Shown piece after piece: positions 9,772 through 20,900 of a stretch of 64,000 nucleotides of DNA. Position 1 is the first letter of the stretch. Each line of letters opens with the position of its first letter. The notes beneath the pieces are model-generated. The model was not told where the DNA came from. It ran no database searches and was given only the letters and a program-made list of their open reading frames with translations. The translations under genes and the position numbers were made by a program. Source of the DNA: Candidatus Bathyarchaeota archaeon (GTDB lineage: Archaea > Thermoproteota > Bathyarchaeia > 40CM-2-53-6); assembly GCA_963726255.1 (NCBI GenBank), contig CAVSBL010000002.1, positions 1,472,001 through 1,536,000 of the forward strand, written 5' to 3'.

Positions 9772-11739
9772 TTGCTAGAGAGCACCCCGATGAAACGATT
9801 CTACTTGGCCTCACCTTCGAGGTATGAGGACCAAGTAATCGAGGCCCTTGGTCAACTCGGAACAGTCCAGTTAATCACAGACTATACGGTCAACGGCTTC
9901 AAGAAAGTTGACACCGTTGAGAAGTGCGAAAAGTACGTGAAGCTCCAGCAGAGAATGAGCTCTGTCCTGTCAACTCTCCCACCCCAAAAAGGCACGAAGA
10001 AAGGCCTTGCGCGCTCGCTGAAGGAAAGCTTTGGCAAGCCAATGCAGAGGGAAGTTGAGGTCCCAGATGTCGGCCTAGAGCAGATCGAATCACACATTCT
10101 CGAGACCGAAGCTAGGTTAGATGATCGGCTTGCGAAGTTGGAGAAACTACGCACCGAGATGAAGGCGCTCAAGGCGCTAGATGAGAATCTCCTAATTCTT
10201 CAGAATCACGCCCTGAGAGCGGATGATCTGGGTGATTTTGAGAACATCTTCGTCAAAGCCGGTTTCATCAACAAAGCGCTTTCGCTGAAACTCGACAGGT
10301 ACGTCGAAGGAACCGATGTAAAGTTTTCGAAGTGGCCTGATAAACGTGAAGAGGATTTTGTAGTAATTCTCGGCCCGAATCGAGATAAGGCTCACATGGA
10401 GGAAACGCTGACACGGCTCAACTTTGCGGGATTAACCATACCAAAAGGAATCAAGCCGGATCCAACCCAGGCTATAGAAGAGAATCGGGCGTCTGAGGAT
10501 AAGCTCCGGCATGATTTAGATGGCCTCGAAAGAGACGTGAGAAGAATTTGTGAAGAATTTCAGAATAAGGCGGCGGGATTTGAACCTTTAGTGCGTAGGG
10601 CCCTTGCTATAGAAGGCGCTAGGTCGGCCTTCGGCCGAACCGAGACGTTGAGCTTGGTGCACGGCTGGGTCCCCGCGGAACAGGAAGAACCGCTCAGAAG
10701 TGCAGTTACGGAGTCGACGAATGGAGCGACCATTCTGAAGTTCGATAACCCTGCCCCCGGCGAAAACCCGCCCGTGCGAATTAACAATAGAGGGATTGCA
10801 GGGTCTTTTGAACTATTTACGAAGCTGAGGGGAACGCCGCAATACAATGAAATTGATCCCACCCTGATCGTTACCGTTCTTTTCACCATCATGTACGGAA
10901 TGATGTTTGGAGACATCGGCCAAGGAGCCCTGCTTTTTGCGATGGGCTTAATCTTCAGCCGCTTGCAACGGAGCTTCTTGGGAATTCCAGCGCGAGCGAT
11001 GAGAAAGTTAGGGGGAATCCTAGCGACCTGCGGCATATCAGCCATATTCTTCGGAACACTCTACGGCGAGTTTTTCCTATCCGAAGCTTTCCACCCCATC
11101 TTCGTAAACCCAATCCAAGGCCAAACCACCATGATCATAGTGGCTCTATTGTTCGGGGTCGGACAACTATCCGTTGGATTGGTCCTCAAGATTGTAAACC
11201 TGCTTCGGAATAAGGCAATGATTGAAGCTGCGTTTGGGGGAGTGAGACTTCTTTACTATGTCACTGGCGTTATGTTGGCTGTGAAGTACGCCGCAACGAT
11301 GTCTTTCACGGTCTTCACGGATAACTTGGGGCTCCTGGTTCTGGCGCTCACATGCCTCCTACTTGTGTTGCTCGCCCCAACCATTGAAGGCGTCTTGAAG
11401 CATGAATTCAAGATGGGTGAAGGGGTAATGAAGGGTGTCTCGGAATTTATTGAGACGTTCCTGTCGTACATGACAAACTCGATTTCTTATGTGCGATTAG
11501 CCGCGTTCGCGATCGCTCATTCGGCTCTCGGTATAGCAGCCGTCATCTTAGGAGCCTCGATGGGTGTACTGCCAGGTTTCATTGTTATGAATTTCCTGGC
11601 CATGACTATCGAAGCGCTGGGGGTTTTCATTCAATGCATGAGGTTAACATATTATGAGTTCTTCACTAAGTTCTATTCTGGCACGGGAGTACCGTATCGC
11701 CCATTCTCGCTTCCGAGAGTCTTTGGAACCGTTAAATAG
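9772..11739 (+). CDS. atpI: A/V-type ATP synthase subunit I (a); start reassigned to TTG 9772
   Basis: GWVP, PQYNEIDPT, GMMFGDIGQG, SYVRLAA (essential Arg) and RLTYYEFFTKFY motifs. Confidence 0.93.
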   Translation: MLESTPMKRFYLASPSRYEDQVIEALGQLGTVQLITDYTVNGFKKVDTVEKCEKYVKLQQRMSSVLSTLPPQKGTKKGLARSLKESFGKPMQREVEVPDVGLEQIESHILETEARLDDRLAKLEKLRTEMKALKALDENLLILQNHALRADDLGDFENIFVKAGFINKALSLKLDRYVEGTDVKFSKWPDKREEDFVVILGPNRDKAHMEETLTRLNFAGLTIPKGIKPDPTQAIEENRASEDKLRHDLDGLERDVRRICEEFQNKAAGFEPLVRRALAIEGARSAFGRTETLSLVHGWVPAEQEEPLRSAVTESTNGATILKFDNPAPGENPPVRINNRGIAGSFELFTKLRGTPQYNEIDPTLIVTVLFTIMYGMMFGDIGQGALLFAMGLIFSRLQRSFLGIPARAMRKLGGILATCGISAIFFGTLYGEFFLSEAFHPIFVNPIQGQTTMIIVALLFGVGQLSVGLVLKIVNLLRNKAMIEAAFGGVRLLYYVTGVMLAVKYAATMSFTVFTDNLGLLVLALTCLLLVLLAPTIEGVLKHEFKMGEGVMKGVSEFIETFLSYMTNSISYVRLAAFAIAHSALGIAAVILGASMGVLPGFIVMNFLAMTIEALGVFIQCMRLTYYEFFTKFYSGTGVPYRPFSLPRVFGTVK

Positions 11740-11790
11740 TGAGGCCCCAAATCCTTGGCTGTGGTTTCATTGAGCCGCGAAAGAAAATCG

Positions 11791-12108
11791 ATGTGGAAGA
11801 GGAGACTGCTTCTGCTCACACCCTTTCTCGCCGCGCTGTTCTTGTTCACTTTTTCCGTCACCGGAACGTTCGCACAAGGAACTACAACCAACCAAACATC
11901 GAACTTCGACACCGTAGGCGCTGGCTTGGCGGTCGGTCTGGCAGGACTTGGTGCAGGTTTGGCTATCTACGGGTCTACCTCATCTGGTCTGGCAGCGATG
12001 GTCGAAAGACCCGAGCTTACGACATGGGTTCTGGTTTTTGCAGGTCTGGGGGAAGGAATCGCTATCTACGGCTTGGTTGTTGCAATCCTTATTCTGGGTA
12101 GACACTAG
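11791..12108 (+). CDS. atpK: A-type ATP synthase subunit K (c, proteolipid) with N-terminal leader
   Basis: GLAVGLAGLGAG helix, ERPE loop, GEGIAIYG with the ion-binding Glu. Confidence 0.92.
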   Translation: MWKRRLLLLTPFLAALFLFTFSVTGTFAQGTTTNQTSNFDTVGAGLAVGLAGLGAGLAIYGSTSSGLAAMVERPELTTWVLVFAGLGEGIAIYGLVVAILILGRH

Positions 12109-12127
12109 TTGTGCGATTAGGCAAATC

Positions 12128-13156
12128 TTAGACGCCGAATAAGCCGTTTGAAATTTCTTCTTCGCTCAGGTTCAGTTGTTTGCCGGTTACGATTGATACT
12201 AAGTTCTTTGCTTCAGCCTCGCAGAGAAGAAGGTACGCGATTACGTATTCAGCTTGAAGTGAGTGTGTCATCAAGGCTGCCGAAGCGTCGCTGTATAGGT
12301 ACCTGAAGAAAACCCGTTCGAGAAGCAATGAGGAACCAGCCTTGAGCAAGCTCGCAGCTTCAGAGGCGAGCTTAGAGTACCCTCCCCTGAGAAGGATCGG
12401 GGCCTCCTCAATCCGGCTTTGTATCAAGGATTGCAGCGTGGTCTTCGAAAGGGCATAGGAAATCGGGACGGTGGCGTCCTCTATCAGTCTTGGAGAAACG
12501 CCTCTCGTCTTCAACGAGAACAATGTGAGTAAGTTCCTAAGATCTATCTCTTCCCCTATCAAATTCCTTGTTCCATGAATCTTGTCCACCAACTCCCAGA
12601 TTCTGCTGAAGTAAATCTTATCGAGCGCTGCTTCTAGGATCAGAGTCGTTCCACTCTCCTTATACGGCTGAAGTTTCGAGAGAATTGAGTGGTACTGCGT
12701 GTCGCGGAGGAGTGAGCCAACCTCATCCACGTCTTTCGCTTTCAGGAGCGCAGGAAAGTTCACGAGTGTATGCTCCCTTTCTAAAGGGACGAGGTTAGAT
12801 TCCTCCGCGGTTTGGCCGCCGTGTTTCGCTCGAATTACGCGTTTTATGTTTTCAACTTCGAATCTCGCACAATACCTGGTTAGGATATCTTGCATCTTTC
12901 CTTGAGCGGCTGAGCGGCGTACGAAAAAGAACCGCTCTACTAGTTTCCTTAGGATCACGTTCTCTAGGGTCGCAGCGTCCTGTTCATGTGTGGGCAACTG
13001 GCCGAGCTCAATGGCGTAGTCTGTTTTGAGCAGGCTGTCCGATACGTCTCGGAGGTTTCTTGTCCTGGCTAGATTTTGCATGTCTCGTTGGGTTATGAGA
13101 TGGGTTCGTAGGCCGTGTGTTCTAGTAACGAGGTAAACGCTGGCTCCTCGTCCCAT
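12128..13156 (-). CDS. atpC: A/V-type ATP synthase subunit C
   Basis: ENIKRVIRAK, EIDLRNL and EAKNL motifs; 342 aa; operon context. Confidence 0.85.
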   Translation of the reverse strand: MGRGASVYLVTRTHGLRTHLITQRDMQNLARTRNLRDVSDSLLKTDYAIELGQLPTHEQDAATLENVILRKLVERFFFVRRSAAQGKMQDILTRYCARFEVENIKRVIRAKHGGQTAEESNLVPLEREHTLVNFPALLKAKDVDEVGSLLRDTQYHSILSKLQPYKESGTTLILEAALDKIYFSRIWELVDKIHGTRNLIGEEIDLRNLLTLFSLKTRGVSPRLIEDATVPISYALSKTTLQSLIQSRIEEAPILLRGGYSKLASEAASLLKAGSSLLLERVFFRYLYSDASAALMTHSLQAEYVIAYLLLCEAEAKNLVSIVTGKQLNLSEEEISNGLFGV

Positions 13157-13765
13157 CTATTTTGTTCCTCTGATTACTGCTTTCACACGTTTGGCTCTGA
13201 AGAATTCTTCAAGCGTTTCTTCCTCAAGCCTACCCTCTATGTATCGAAGTGTTTCCATCAGTCCAGGCAAAATCACTCTTTCCAAGGCATTGACCTTGCG
13301 GTTAGTCAACATGAGTTCTTGGGCGATGCTTTCGATCCTTGCCTCGGCTTCCGCTATGGTCAGTAATTTTCTCAGAGATTCAGTCATTTGCTGGGCGGCC
13401 GCGTACGCAGAAGGGTCGATTACTGAGTTAATTGTCGACTCCTTTCCCCGAACGATTTCGGGCACCAAGACGCCCATAACGCTACGCAGCCTCACTTTGG
13501 CTTCCAAAGCGGTGACTGTGGACGCTTGCGATTGAAGCCGTGAATAGCCGAGGGTCATGTAGGCGGTTCTCAACGCCGAATACGTTTCCATGAGGCGTTG
13601 TTCGAACTCATGTCTGGCGTTGATCTTGGCGAGGAGCCGGTTCGTTTCCGCCGCCAAGTTGTCCCGCTTCATCTCGAGAAGTTCTTTGCCACGTTTGGTG
13701 AACTCAAGTTGTTCCCGCAGCCTGAGGAGAACCCCTCTTGTGACAGCGACCCTTCCAACGCTCAT
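13157..13765 (-). CDS. atpD: A/V-type ATP synthase subunit D
   Basis: [11 protein letters not shown] and [14 protein letters not shown] motifs. Confidence 0.93.
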   Translation of the reverse strand: MSVGRVAVTRGVLLRLREQLEFTKRGKELLEMKRDNLAAETNRLLAKINARHEFEQRLMETYSALRTAYMTLGYSRLQSQASTVTALEAKVRLRSVMGVLVPEIVRGKESTINSVIDPSAYAAAQQMTESLRKLLTIAEAEARIESIAQELMLTNRKVNALERVILPGLMETLRYIEGRLEEETLEEFFRAKRVKAVIRGTK

Positions 13766-15180
13766 TGAGACTTAGACGCCTGTTTTTCGTTTGCCACGTG
13801 CTTGGGGTGATACTTCTGAATGTATTCCTCGTGGATACGCGTCAAGGCATCTTCTGGCAATATTCCTAGAAGGGCCCATGCTATGCCAAGGGTCTGCTCA
13901 ATTGTCCTATTCTCGAACTCACCCTGCCTTACCAACCGTGTCTCGAACTCGTCGGCGAACTCTAGGTAAAGCCGCTCTTCTTCACTCAACCCTACGTTCC
14001 CAACAATCCTAGCTAGGTCGCGAGCCTGCCTGCCCCTTGCGTACGCGCCGTACAGCTGGTCGGCCACATCCCCGTGATCTTCTCTCGTCTTACCCTTCCC
14101 TATTCCTTTCCTCATCAGTCTGCTTAAGCATGGCAGCACGTTTATCGGCGGATAGATTCCCTTCATGAACATTTCACGGTCCAGGAAGATTTGGCCTTCC
14201 GTTATGTACCCCGTCAAGTCAGGGATCGGGTGTTGGATATCCCCCCCGGGCATCGTCAAAATAGGCATCTGAGTCAGGGAACCGCGTGAACCTTCGATGA
14301 CCCCGGCCCTTTCGTATATCGAGGCCAAGTCACTATACAGATATCCAGGGTAACCTTTTCTGCTTGGGACTTCCTCCCTGGCGGCGCTCAACTCCCTCAA
14401 GACCTCAGCGTAGTTCGTCATATCGCTGAGAATTACCAGAACGTGCATCCCAAGATCGTAAGCCATGTACTCGGCGACAGTCAATGCAATTCGGGGAGTG
14501 AATAGCCTCTCGATTGCTGGGTCGTCCGCCAGGTTTAGTATGACCACAGATCGTTCGAGCGCCCCAGACTTTCTGAATTCATCTATGAAATACTCTGCCT
14601 CGTCGTGACGCAGCCCCATCGCGGAGAACACCAGCGCAAACTCTTCCTTTTCCCCGAGGACAGTTGCTTGGCGTGCGACTTGCGCAATCAGCTTGTTGTG
14701 GGGAAGGCCGCTTTCAGAGAATATTGGAAGCTTCTGGCCTCTCACCACGGAGAGCATTCCATCTATCGCGGAGATGCCGGTTTGAATGAAATTGTTAGGG
14801 TACACTCGAGCTGTGGGATTTATTGGAGCCCCGTTGATGTCACGCGACTCGTCAGAGACGATTGCAGGCAAACGGTCCACCGGCTCAAAGACGCCGTTGA
14901 ATACCCTCGCAAGAAGTTCATTGGACAAGGGAATCTTGAAGGCCGATCCGGAGAAGCTTAGAATAGAATTGGATTGGAGCCCCATCTCCCCTCCGAAGAC
15001 CTGTATGACCGCCTTACCCCTGCCAACCTCAAGAACCCTGCCCATTCTGTCAATCCCGTCTGGAGCTCGAACCTTGACCAGCTCATCGTAGCCGACGTTC
15101 TCCACATTGTCAACCATTATCAGGGATCCTTTGATTTCGGTGAGGCCCCTGTGGATTAGTCCATAGGTCTTTCCAAGCAT
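13762..15180 (-). CDS. atpB: A/V-type ATP synthase subunit B
   Basis: [27 protein letters not shown] and [14 protein letters not shown] motifs. Confidence 0.96.
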   Translation of the reverse strand: MLGKTYGLIHRGLTEIKGSLIMVDNVENVGYDELVKVRAPDGIDRMGRVLEVGRGKAVIQVFGGEMGLQSNSILSFSGSAFKIPLSNELLARVFNGVFEPVDRLPAIVSDESRDINGAPINPTARVYPNNFIQTGISAIDGMLSVVRGQKLPIFSESGLPHNKLIAQVARQATVLGEKEEFALVFSAMGLRHDEAEYFIDEFRKSGALERSVVILNLADDPAIERLFTPRIALTVAEYMAYDLGMHVLVILSDMTNYAEVLRELSAAREEVPSRKGYPGYLYSDLASIYERAGVIEGSRGSLTQMPILTMPGGDIQHPIPDLTGYITEGQIFLDREMFMKGIYPPINVLPCLSRLMRKGIGKGKTREDHGDVADQLYGAYARGRQARDLARIVGNVGLSEEERLYLEFADEFETRLVRQGEFENRTIEQTLGIAWALLGILPEDALTRIHEEYIQKYHPKHVANEKQASKSQ

Positions 15181-15194
15181 ATTCCCACAAACTC

Positions 15195-17027
15195 CTAGGT
15201 TTCCAAGTCGTATTCCCGTGCAATCTTGCCGAGTGCTTCTTGGACTTCAGCTGTGAGTTTTGCGACTCCTTCTATACCGCTCTTTTCTTCTTTGGCTCTC
15301 TCCATCCTCTTGATGTATGGTAGTTCCTTGATTTTCTCGGCCGGAACGCCTTTCCGTACGAGGACGCTGGCTCTCTCGTAGAAGTCTATGAGCATCTGAA
15401 GCATGGCCACTTGCTTCTCCATGTCGCAGAAAGCGTCGACCTCGTGATATGCGAACTGTCTGAGAAAGGCTTCTTTTATCAACTCGGCTGAGAGAAGCAT
15501 TAATCTCTGATCGTCAGGCAGGGAGCGTTCTCCCATTATCCTAGCTATGGATTCGATCTCCGAGGACTCGCTGAGTATTTTCAGGGCTTTGCTCCGTAAG
15601 TCTTCGAAATTCCCGCCAAACCTCCCTTTCCAGTAGGACGCAATCTTTTCTGAGTAGTTACTGAAGCTCTCAGCCCAAGCGCCTGAGAGCCTATCTACGT
15701 ACAGGCTGTAACTCTTCAACCAGTGTATGGCTGGAAAGTGCCTGCTGTAGGCAAGGTCCCGGTCTAGAGCCCAGAACACTCCTGTGAATCTTAGAGTGTG
15801 AATGGTGACAGGCTCATTGAAGTCTCCACCCGGCGGCGAAACGGCTCCGATGATTGATACTGAACCGGTCCTTTTCGGTTCTCCCAGCGCCACTACCTTC
15901 CCAGCCCTTTCGTAGAACTCTGCTATCCTATCCGGGAGATATGCCGGGTACCCGCCTTCTGCAGGCATTTCTTCCAATCGGCCCGAAATCTCACGCAGGG
16001 CTTCAGCCCACCTAGAAGTCGAATCGGCCATTATCGCGACGTCGTACCCTTGGTCACGGTAATACTCAGCAATGGTTACGCCCAGGTATATGCTGGCTTC
16101 TCTAGCAGCGACGGGCATGTTACTTGTGTTAGCGATGAGTATCGTTCTCTCCATGAGGGGCCGGCCGGTCCTCGGGTCGGTAAGTTCCGGAAAGTCCGTC
16201 AGCACTTCACATATCTCATTCCCTCTTTCGCCGCATCCGATGTACACGATAACCTTGGAATCACTCCATTTAGCGAGCGAATGCAACATCACGGTCTTTC
16301 CTGTCCCAAATCCACCTGGGATGCTGGCTGTTCCACCTTTGGGAAGCGGGAAGAACGTGTCTATCACTCTCTGCCCGGTCACCAGTGGTTCCTCCAGGGG
16401 AATCCGTTCGCCAGGCCTGAATGGTCTTGGAATCCTGATCGGCCACTCCTGCATCAATCTAAGTTCGACCTGGCCTCCATCTGCAGTTTCGAGTCGCCCA
16501 ACCGGTTCATCTACCGCATAGTCACCCTCATCTAGTGAGAGGACCTTGCCACCAGTGCCCGGCGGAAGCATTATTCTATGAACGACTGCAGGGGTTTCCT
16601 GAACTAGACCAAGCACAGATCCCCCACCCACCTTGTCGCCCTTTTTCACTTCAGGTTTGAAATGCCATTTCCTTTCCCTGGAGAGTGTGTTTACCCGAAC
16701 ACCCCTTTCGATGAAAGGCCCCTTCAACTTCCTGATTGTTTCCAAAGGCCTTCCTATCCCATCGAGTATACTATCGAGAAGCCCAGGGCCAAGCTCCGCT
16801 ACGAGTCGCTTACCAGTTCCATTCACGATCTCTCCAGGACGAAGCCCGGTCGTTACTTCGTAGACTTGAACTGTGAACTCTCCAACGCCAACTCCTATGA
16901 CCTCTCCGGCTAAGTGCTCGTTTCCAACTTCAACTATCTCGCCCATCTCGATATCGGCGATTCCCGCTGCGACGATGACAGAGCCGCTGATCCACCTAAT
17001 CTGGCCTTGCCGACTTGATTTACTCAC
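15195..17027 (-). CDS. atpA: A/V-type ATP synthase catalytic subunit A (GTG 17027 overlaps the atpE stop)
   Basis: Walker [38 protein letters not shown]; no intein seen. Confidence 0.96.
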   Translation of the reverse strand: MSKSSRQGQIRWISGSVIVAAGIADIEMGEIVEVGNEHLAGEVIGVGVGEFTVQVYEVTTGLRPGEIVNGTGKRLVAELGPGLLDSILDGIGRPLETIRKLKGPFIERGVRVNTLSRERKWHFKPEVKKGDKVGGGSVLGLVQETPAVVHRIMLPPGTGGKVLSLDEGDYAVDEPVGRLETADGGQVELRLMQEWPIRIPRPFRPGERIPLEEPLVTGQRVIDTFFPLPKGGTASIPGGFGTGKTVMLHSLAKWSDSKVIVYIGCGERGNEICEVLTDFPELTDPRTGRPLMERTILIANTSNMPVAAREASIYLGVTIAEYYRDQGYDVAIMADSTSRWAEALREISGRLEEMPAEGGYPAYLPDRIAEFYERAGKVVALGEPKRTGSVSIIGAVSPPGGDFNEPVTIHTLRFTGVFWALDRDLAYSRHFPAIHWLKSYSLYVDRLSGAWAESFSNYSEKIASYWKGRFGGNFEDLRSKALKILSESSEIESIARIMGERSLPDDQRLMLLSAELIKEAFLRQFAYHEVDAFCDMEKQVAMLQMLIDFYERASVLVRKGVPAEKIKELPYIKRMERAKEEKSGIEGVAKLTAEVQEALGKIAREYDLET

Positions 17028-17658
17028 CTGCTTTGCCGCCTCCGGAGAGTATCCTACGAATCGTTCCTTCAAGTTTCCGCGATGCGGCAGACAGCCGCGC
17101 TTCCAGAATGTTGTTGAAAGACTGAACTCTGTCTTCGGTGGAGACTATAACTCCGCCTAAGGTTCTTGTCTGCAGCGTTCCCATTTGAAGAATGATTCTC
17201 TCTCCTTTGCTCTTGCCAGCTCTTTCCGCGAGGGTGCCTAGAAGGTTACTGACCACTTCCTTGTCTCGTGCGTTTGTTTCGATAATGAATTTGTTTCCAT
17301 TCATTGCGCTGATTCCCGCAAGTATCAGGTTGCTAAGAAGCTCTTGGTACTCTCGTCCGCCCTTCTCGGCCATTTCCCCGATTCGCTTCTCGGTCTCTTC
17401 GAATACCCGATTGGCCCATTCCGATTGTACTCGAAGAAGCTTCCCCCTTACGTCCATCCTTGCAACGGCTAGCTCAGCCTTCTCTCGAGCATCTAGTTCC
17501 CGCACAAGAAGTCTGGCTCGTTCCTCTCTAAGGCTCGCAGCTTTCGTATTTGCTTCCGCGACTATTCTCTGAGCTTCCTGTCTGGCAGTTTCAAGAATCC
17601 TTGAAACTTCCTCCTCGGCCTTCCTCTCGATCTCAGTCTGCAGCGCTTGAATGCTCAA
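17020..17658 (-). CDS. atpE: A/V-type ATP synthase subunit E
   Basis: Charged N-terminal coiled coil, C-terminal GGVIV...FNNILEARL. Confidence 0.88.
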   Translation of the reverse strand: MSIQALQTEIERKAEEEVSRILETARQEAQRIVAEANTKAASLREERARLLVRELDAREKAELAVARMDVRGKLLRVQSEWANRVFEETEKRIGEMAEKGGREYQELLSNLILAGISAMNGNKFIIETNARDKEVVSNLLGTLAERAGKSKGERIILQMGTLQTRTLGGVIVSTEDRVQSFNNILEARLSAASRKLEGTIRRILSGGGKAGE

Positions 17659-17975
17659 AGTTTCCCTCTCAATGTCTCTTCTATTAGGCGCGCGATGGCC
17701 TTCTCATAATTCTGGTGAGCGACCTTTTCCAGCGCTGAGGCATTTCGCTTGTACTGCTCTTCTATCTCTACCTTCTTCCGGCCAATCTCATCGTTTCTCG
17801 CTCGCCTGAGTTTTTCCCAACCGGGATCAGATTCAATTGCTCTCACAATTGATTCTGCCTGCTCGCGAGCTTGTTTCACTATGGCCTGCGCATCCTCCTT
17901 GGCCTTTCTGACCTTCTCCTCAGAAACCCTCTCTCTGCCAATAAGTTCCTGAAGTTCCTTGATGTCCGCCGACAT
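17655..17975 (-). CDS. atpH: A-type ATP synthase subunit H/G (peripheral stalk)
   Basis: 106-aa charged coiled coil (AKEDAQAIVKQAREQAE) between F and E. Confidence 0.7.
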   Translation of the reverse strand: MSADIKELQELIGRERVSEEKVRKAKEDAQAIVKQAREQAESIVRAIESDPGWEKLRRARNDEIGRKKVEIEEQYKRNASALEKVAHQNYEKAIARLIEETLRGKL

Positions 17976-17984
17976 GTGTCAGAT

Positions 17985-18323
17985 TCAACCCTCGAACTTC
18001 AATTCCGCTCCAACCGACTGTGTGACGAGAGAACGGAGTTCCCGGAGTCTATCCCCTCTCGGTCCACTAAAATCGGGAACCACCGCAATCACGGGTCGTT
18101 GTCTCTCTCTTGCTAGGATTGCGTCCCTTTGCGTTTTTAGAGCAGTGGATAAATTCTCAGTAAGGATTATGACTGAATATTTGCCCTCGGCCACGATTTT
18201 CTCGAGGACCTTAGCTGCTTCCTGGGGATCCCGGACCGGAAATGGAGTAACCCCAGCCATCCTGAAGCCGAGGGCAAGATACTTGTCAGCGATTACTGCG
18301 ATGCGATCGCCATCCTGGCCCAT
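17985..18323 (-). CDS. atpF: A/V-type ATP synthase subunit F
   Basis: IAVIADKYLALGFRMAGV, PVIAVVP and SVGAEL motifs. Confidence 0.9.
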   Translation of the reverse strand: MGQDGDRIAVIADKYLALGFRMAGVTPFPVRDPQEAAKVLEKIVAEGKYSVIILTENLSTALKTQRDAILARERQRPVIAVVPDFSGPRGDRLRELRSLVTQSVGAELKFEG

Positions 18324-18380
18324 CTTCAGTACTCTCCGCTTGTCAGGGCCTGTGCGACCCGTCACTCTGGCTACGTAAGG

Positions 18381-18590
18381 TTACCGACCTGAAACCCCGT
18401 GTGAAAGAACGGAAGCCCAATACGCCAGAATAGCAATCCATGCTAGGATGAGCAATATGGCTAGGACCCCAGCATTAAAAGACACGAGGTAAGGTACCGC
18501 GGCCGTGTACACCAAGTAAACCACTGTGCTCGTAATGATTAATCCCAGAACCCACAGAAGCACTGCAGCAACACGTGAAATGTATCCCAC
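18381..18590 (-). CDS. Small two-TM membrane protein upstream of atpF
   Basis: 69-aa hydrophobic ORF co-oriented with the ATP synthase unit. Confidence 0.6.
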   Translation of the reverse strand: MGYISRVAAVLLWVLGLIITSTVVYLVYTAAVPYLVSFNAGVLAILLILAWIAILAYWASVLSHGVSGR

Positions 18591-18699
18591 TAAGATAACC
18601 CTCTGAACAAGCTGCTAATCCCAATAATCAGACAGGTATGCTCACTAAATAACCTCAATGTCTCAGCCTATCCTCGCCAAGCGCCCTTTTCGGGACATG

Positions 18700-18936
18700 T
18701 CAGGTACGTCGAGTAAGTAACAGGCTGATGAACAGAGAGAGGAGGACTACGGCTCCGAACATTATCGCAATCATCTTCCCCATGGAGAAGACCGACAGCA
18801 GCAAGAGCCCTACGATCACTAGAAAGAAGAGGTTGAGCTTGAACCATCCACTCTTTCGTTGCTTGACGATCAATGCAACCAAACTCACGAGCGCAAATAA
18901 AACGAGCAGGTCTACGAGCACACGCAGCAAACTCAC
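18700..18936 (-). CDS. Small hydrophobic membrane protein (about 3 TM)
   Basis: 78 aa, almost entirely hydrophobic with basic loops. Confidence 0.55.
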   Translation of the reverse strand: MSLLRVLVDLLVLFALVSLVALIVKQRKSGWFKLNLFFLVIVGLLLLSVFSMGKMIAIMFGAVVLLSLFISLLLTRRT

Positions 18937-19045
18937 TTACGCCACATCCACAAACTCTGAGAATCAGTGTGCGGGAGCCCTACGTGTAAGTTCCGGTAGA
19001 TCTACTTGCCAGGCTAAGCCCACCAGAGCCTGATGTTTGTTAAGA

Positions 19046-19504
19046 CTAGTAGACGTGGACATACCATATGACTTGGACGTAGATGTCGCCGGTGAAATGT
19101 AGCGAAGGCGTCCATTGTTCGGCCTGAAACGCTGACGGCGTCACGAATAATCCAGAGACTACAACATGAGAACCGCTCAAAACCTCCGGTAGGTCCGCCA
19201 TAGGTGATAAGATCAGCCGGTAGTTGCGACCGTTGACTGCAATGTATAAAATCTGCGTCTCAGGATTTGTGCAAGGAGTGACCAACAGGCTACATGACGG
19301 GGCCAACGTCAACACCCTAAGCGTCCCTATGACCGTCACGTTTTCGCCAACCGGTTGGATTCCGATTGAGGCTGAGGATAATGCGTGGCCGATGAGTTTC
19401 GGATTTTTTGACCCCACGTAATTGTACGTGTAAACGCTAGCCACGATGAGGAAAGCAACTGCACTTAGTACTATGATGGACCTCGCAGGCGCCATGCTCT
19501 TCAA
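19046..19504 (-). CDS. Hypothetical membrane-anchored/secreted protein
   Basis: N-terminal TM segment followed by a beta-rich domain with a Cys pair. Confidence 0.6.
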   Translation of the reverse strand: MKSMAPARSIIVLSAVAFLIVASVYTYNYVGSKNPKLIGHALSSASIGIQPVGENVTVIGTLRVLTLAPSCSLLVTPCTNPETQILYIAVNGRNYRLILSPMADLPEVLSGSHVVVSGLFVTPSAFQAEQWTPSLHFTGDIYVQVIWYVHVY

Positions 19505-19709
19505 AACGACACACCATTTATTTTCAGCGACTCTTTCGAACGCTAAAGATACTCTTGACTAAACTCATCAAATCCCAAAATGCCGCCGCAACCGAATTGA
19601 TTTCAACTAGCTGGCCTATCTCTCAATAGCTCGACGTTATCGCGTCAGCGTAGGTCTTTACGGTGTTCATTAGACTGTGGGCTTATTATACAACGGTCCA
19701 GAGGGTGCC

Positions 19710-20900
19710 ATGGCTCATGGAAGTGAAAGCCAGTTGACGAAGAAATTCAAACATATTGATACCAAACTCATTCACGCTGGCGAACCCGAACCGCGCATCA
19801 TGGGTGCTGTTAGTATGCCGATTTTCCAGTCGGCCATGTTCGAGTATGCCGGCGAAACAAGTTACCACGACCTCAAGTACATCCGGCTGAACAACACGCC
19901 AAACCATACTGCCCTCCATGAAAAACTGAGAGCGCTGGAGAACGCTGAAGCCTCGTTAGTAACCGCGAGCGGTATGGCGGCCATCTCCACGACCTTACTG
20001 TCCGTTCTCTCCACAGGCGACCATTTGCTTGCCCAAGACTGCCTCTACGGAGGAACCCATGATTTCGTCACGAAAGACCTTCGCACATTTGGGATATCCT
20101 ACGATTTCATTGACGCAGACGACCCAGAGTCCTGGGAGAAGAAACTGAAGCCGAACACGAAGGCGGTGTACGTCGAAACAATAACGAACCCCACCATGCA
20201 GGTTGCCGACCACAAAGCAATTGTTGAATTCGCAAAGTCCCATTCGCTGGTAACGCTCATCGATAACACCTTCGCGAGCCCAATCAACTTCCGGCCATCG
20301 GAGTGGGGCTTCGACCTATCACTCCACAGCTGCACAAAGTACCTGAACGGCCATTCAGACATTGTCGCGGGTGCCGTCATAGGCCGCGCAGAGTTGGTGG
20401 ACAGAGTCAAGCATAAGCTTGACCATTTAGGCGGATCACTCGACCCACACGCCTGCTTTCTACTCCACAGAGGAATCAAGACACTGGGAGTCAGGGTCAG
20501 GTATCAAAACGAAAGCGCACTCAAAATTGCAAAATTCCTACAAGGCCACTCAGCCATTCAGAAAGTCAACTACCCAGGCCTCGACACCAACCCGCAGCAC
20601 GCAAGGGCACGCGAACTGTTTGATGGTTTCGGGGGCATGCTAAGCTTCGAACTCAAAGGAGGAGCTACCGCAGCGCAGCAATTCATGAAGCGCACGACAC
20701 TGCCAATAATAGCTCCCAGCCTCGGTGGCGTGGAAACATTACTCACCTTACCATCAAAGACATCGCACTCCGGAATGTCGCCAGAAGACCGAAACGCGCT
20801 TGGAATCTCCGACGGACTCATCCGCATGTCGGTCGGAATAGAGGCAACAGAAGACATAATCGAAGATTTCCAACAGGCCTTGGGCTCATCAGCTCATTGA
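19710..20900 (+). CDS. Cys/Met metabolism PLP enzyme (cystathionine gamma-lyase/synthase, methionine gamma-lyase family)
   Basis: SGMAAI, DNTFASP, HSCTKYLNGHSD (PLP lysine), SLGGVE and RMSVGIE motifs. Confidence 0.92.
   Translation: MAHGSESQLTKKFKHIDTKLIHAGEPEPRIMGAVSMPIFQSAMFEYAGETSYHDLKYIRLNNTPNHTALHEKLRALENAEASLVTASGMAAISTTLLSVLSTGDHLLAQDCLYGGTHDFVTKDLRTFGISYDFIDADDPESWEKKLKPNTKAVYVETITNPTMQVADHKAIVEFAKSHSLVTLIDNTFASPINFRPSEWGFDLSLHSCTKYLNGHSDIVAGAVIGRAELVDRVKHKLDHLGGSLDPHACFLLHRGIKTLGVRVRYQNESALKIAKFLQGHSAIQKVNYPGLDTNPQHARARELFDGFGGMLSFELKGGATAAQQFMKRTTLPIIAPSLGGVETLLTLPSKTSHSGMSPEDRNALGISDGLIRMSVGIEATEDIIEDFQQALGSSAH

Noticed and set aside
11739-12101. 120-aa alternative-frame ORF over atpK
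   Set aside because: Shadow of the clearly recognisable proteolipid gene.
15195-17027. Intein in atpA
   Set aside because: Length is normal and the sequence around the Walker A motif is continuous.
17959-18378. 139-aa plus-strand ORF
   Set aside because: Antisense shadow of atpF.
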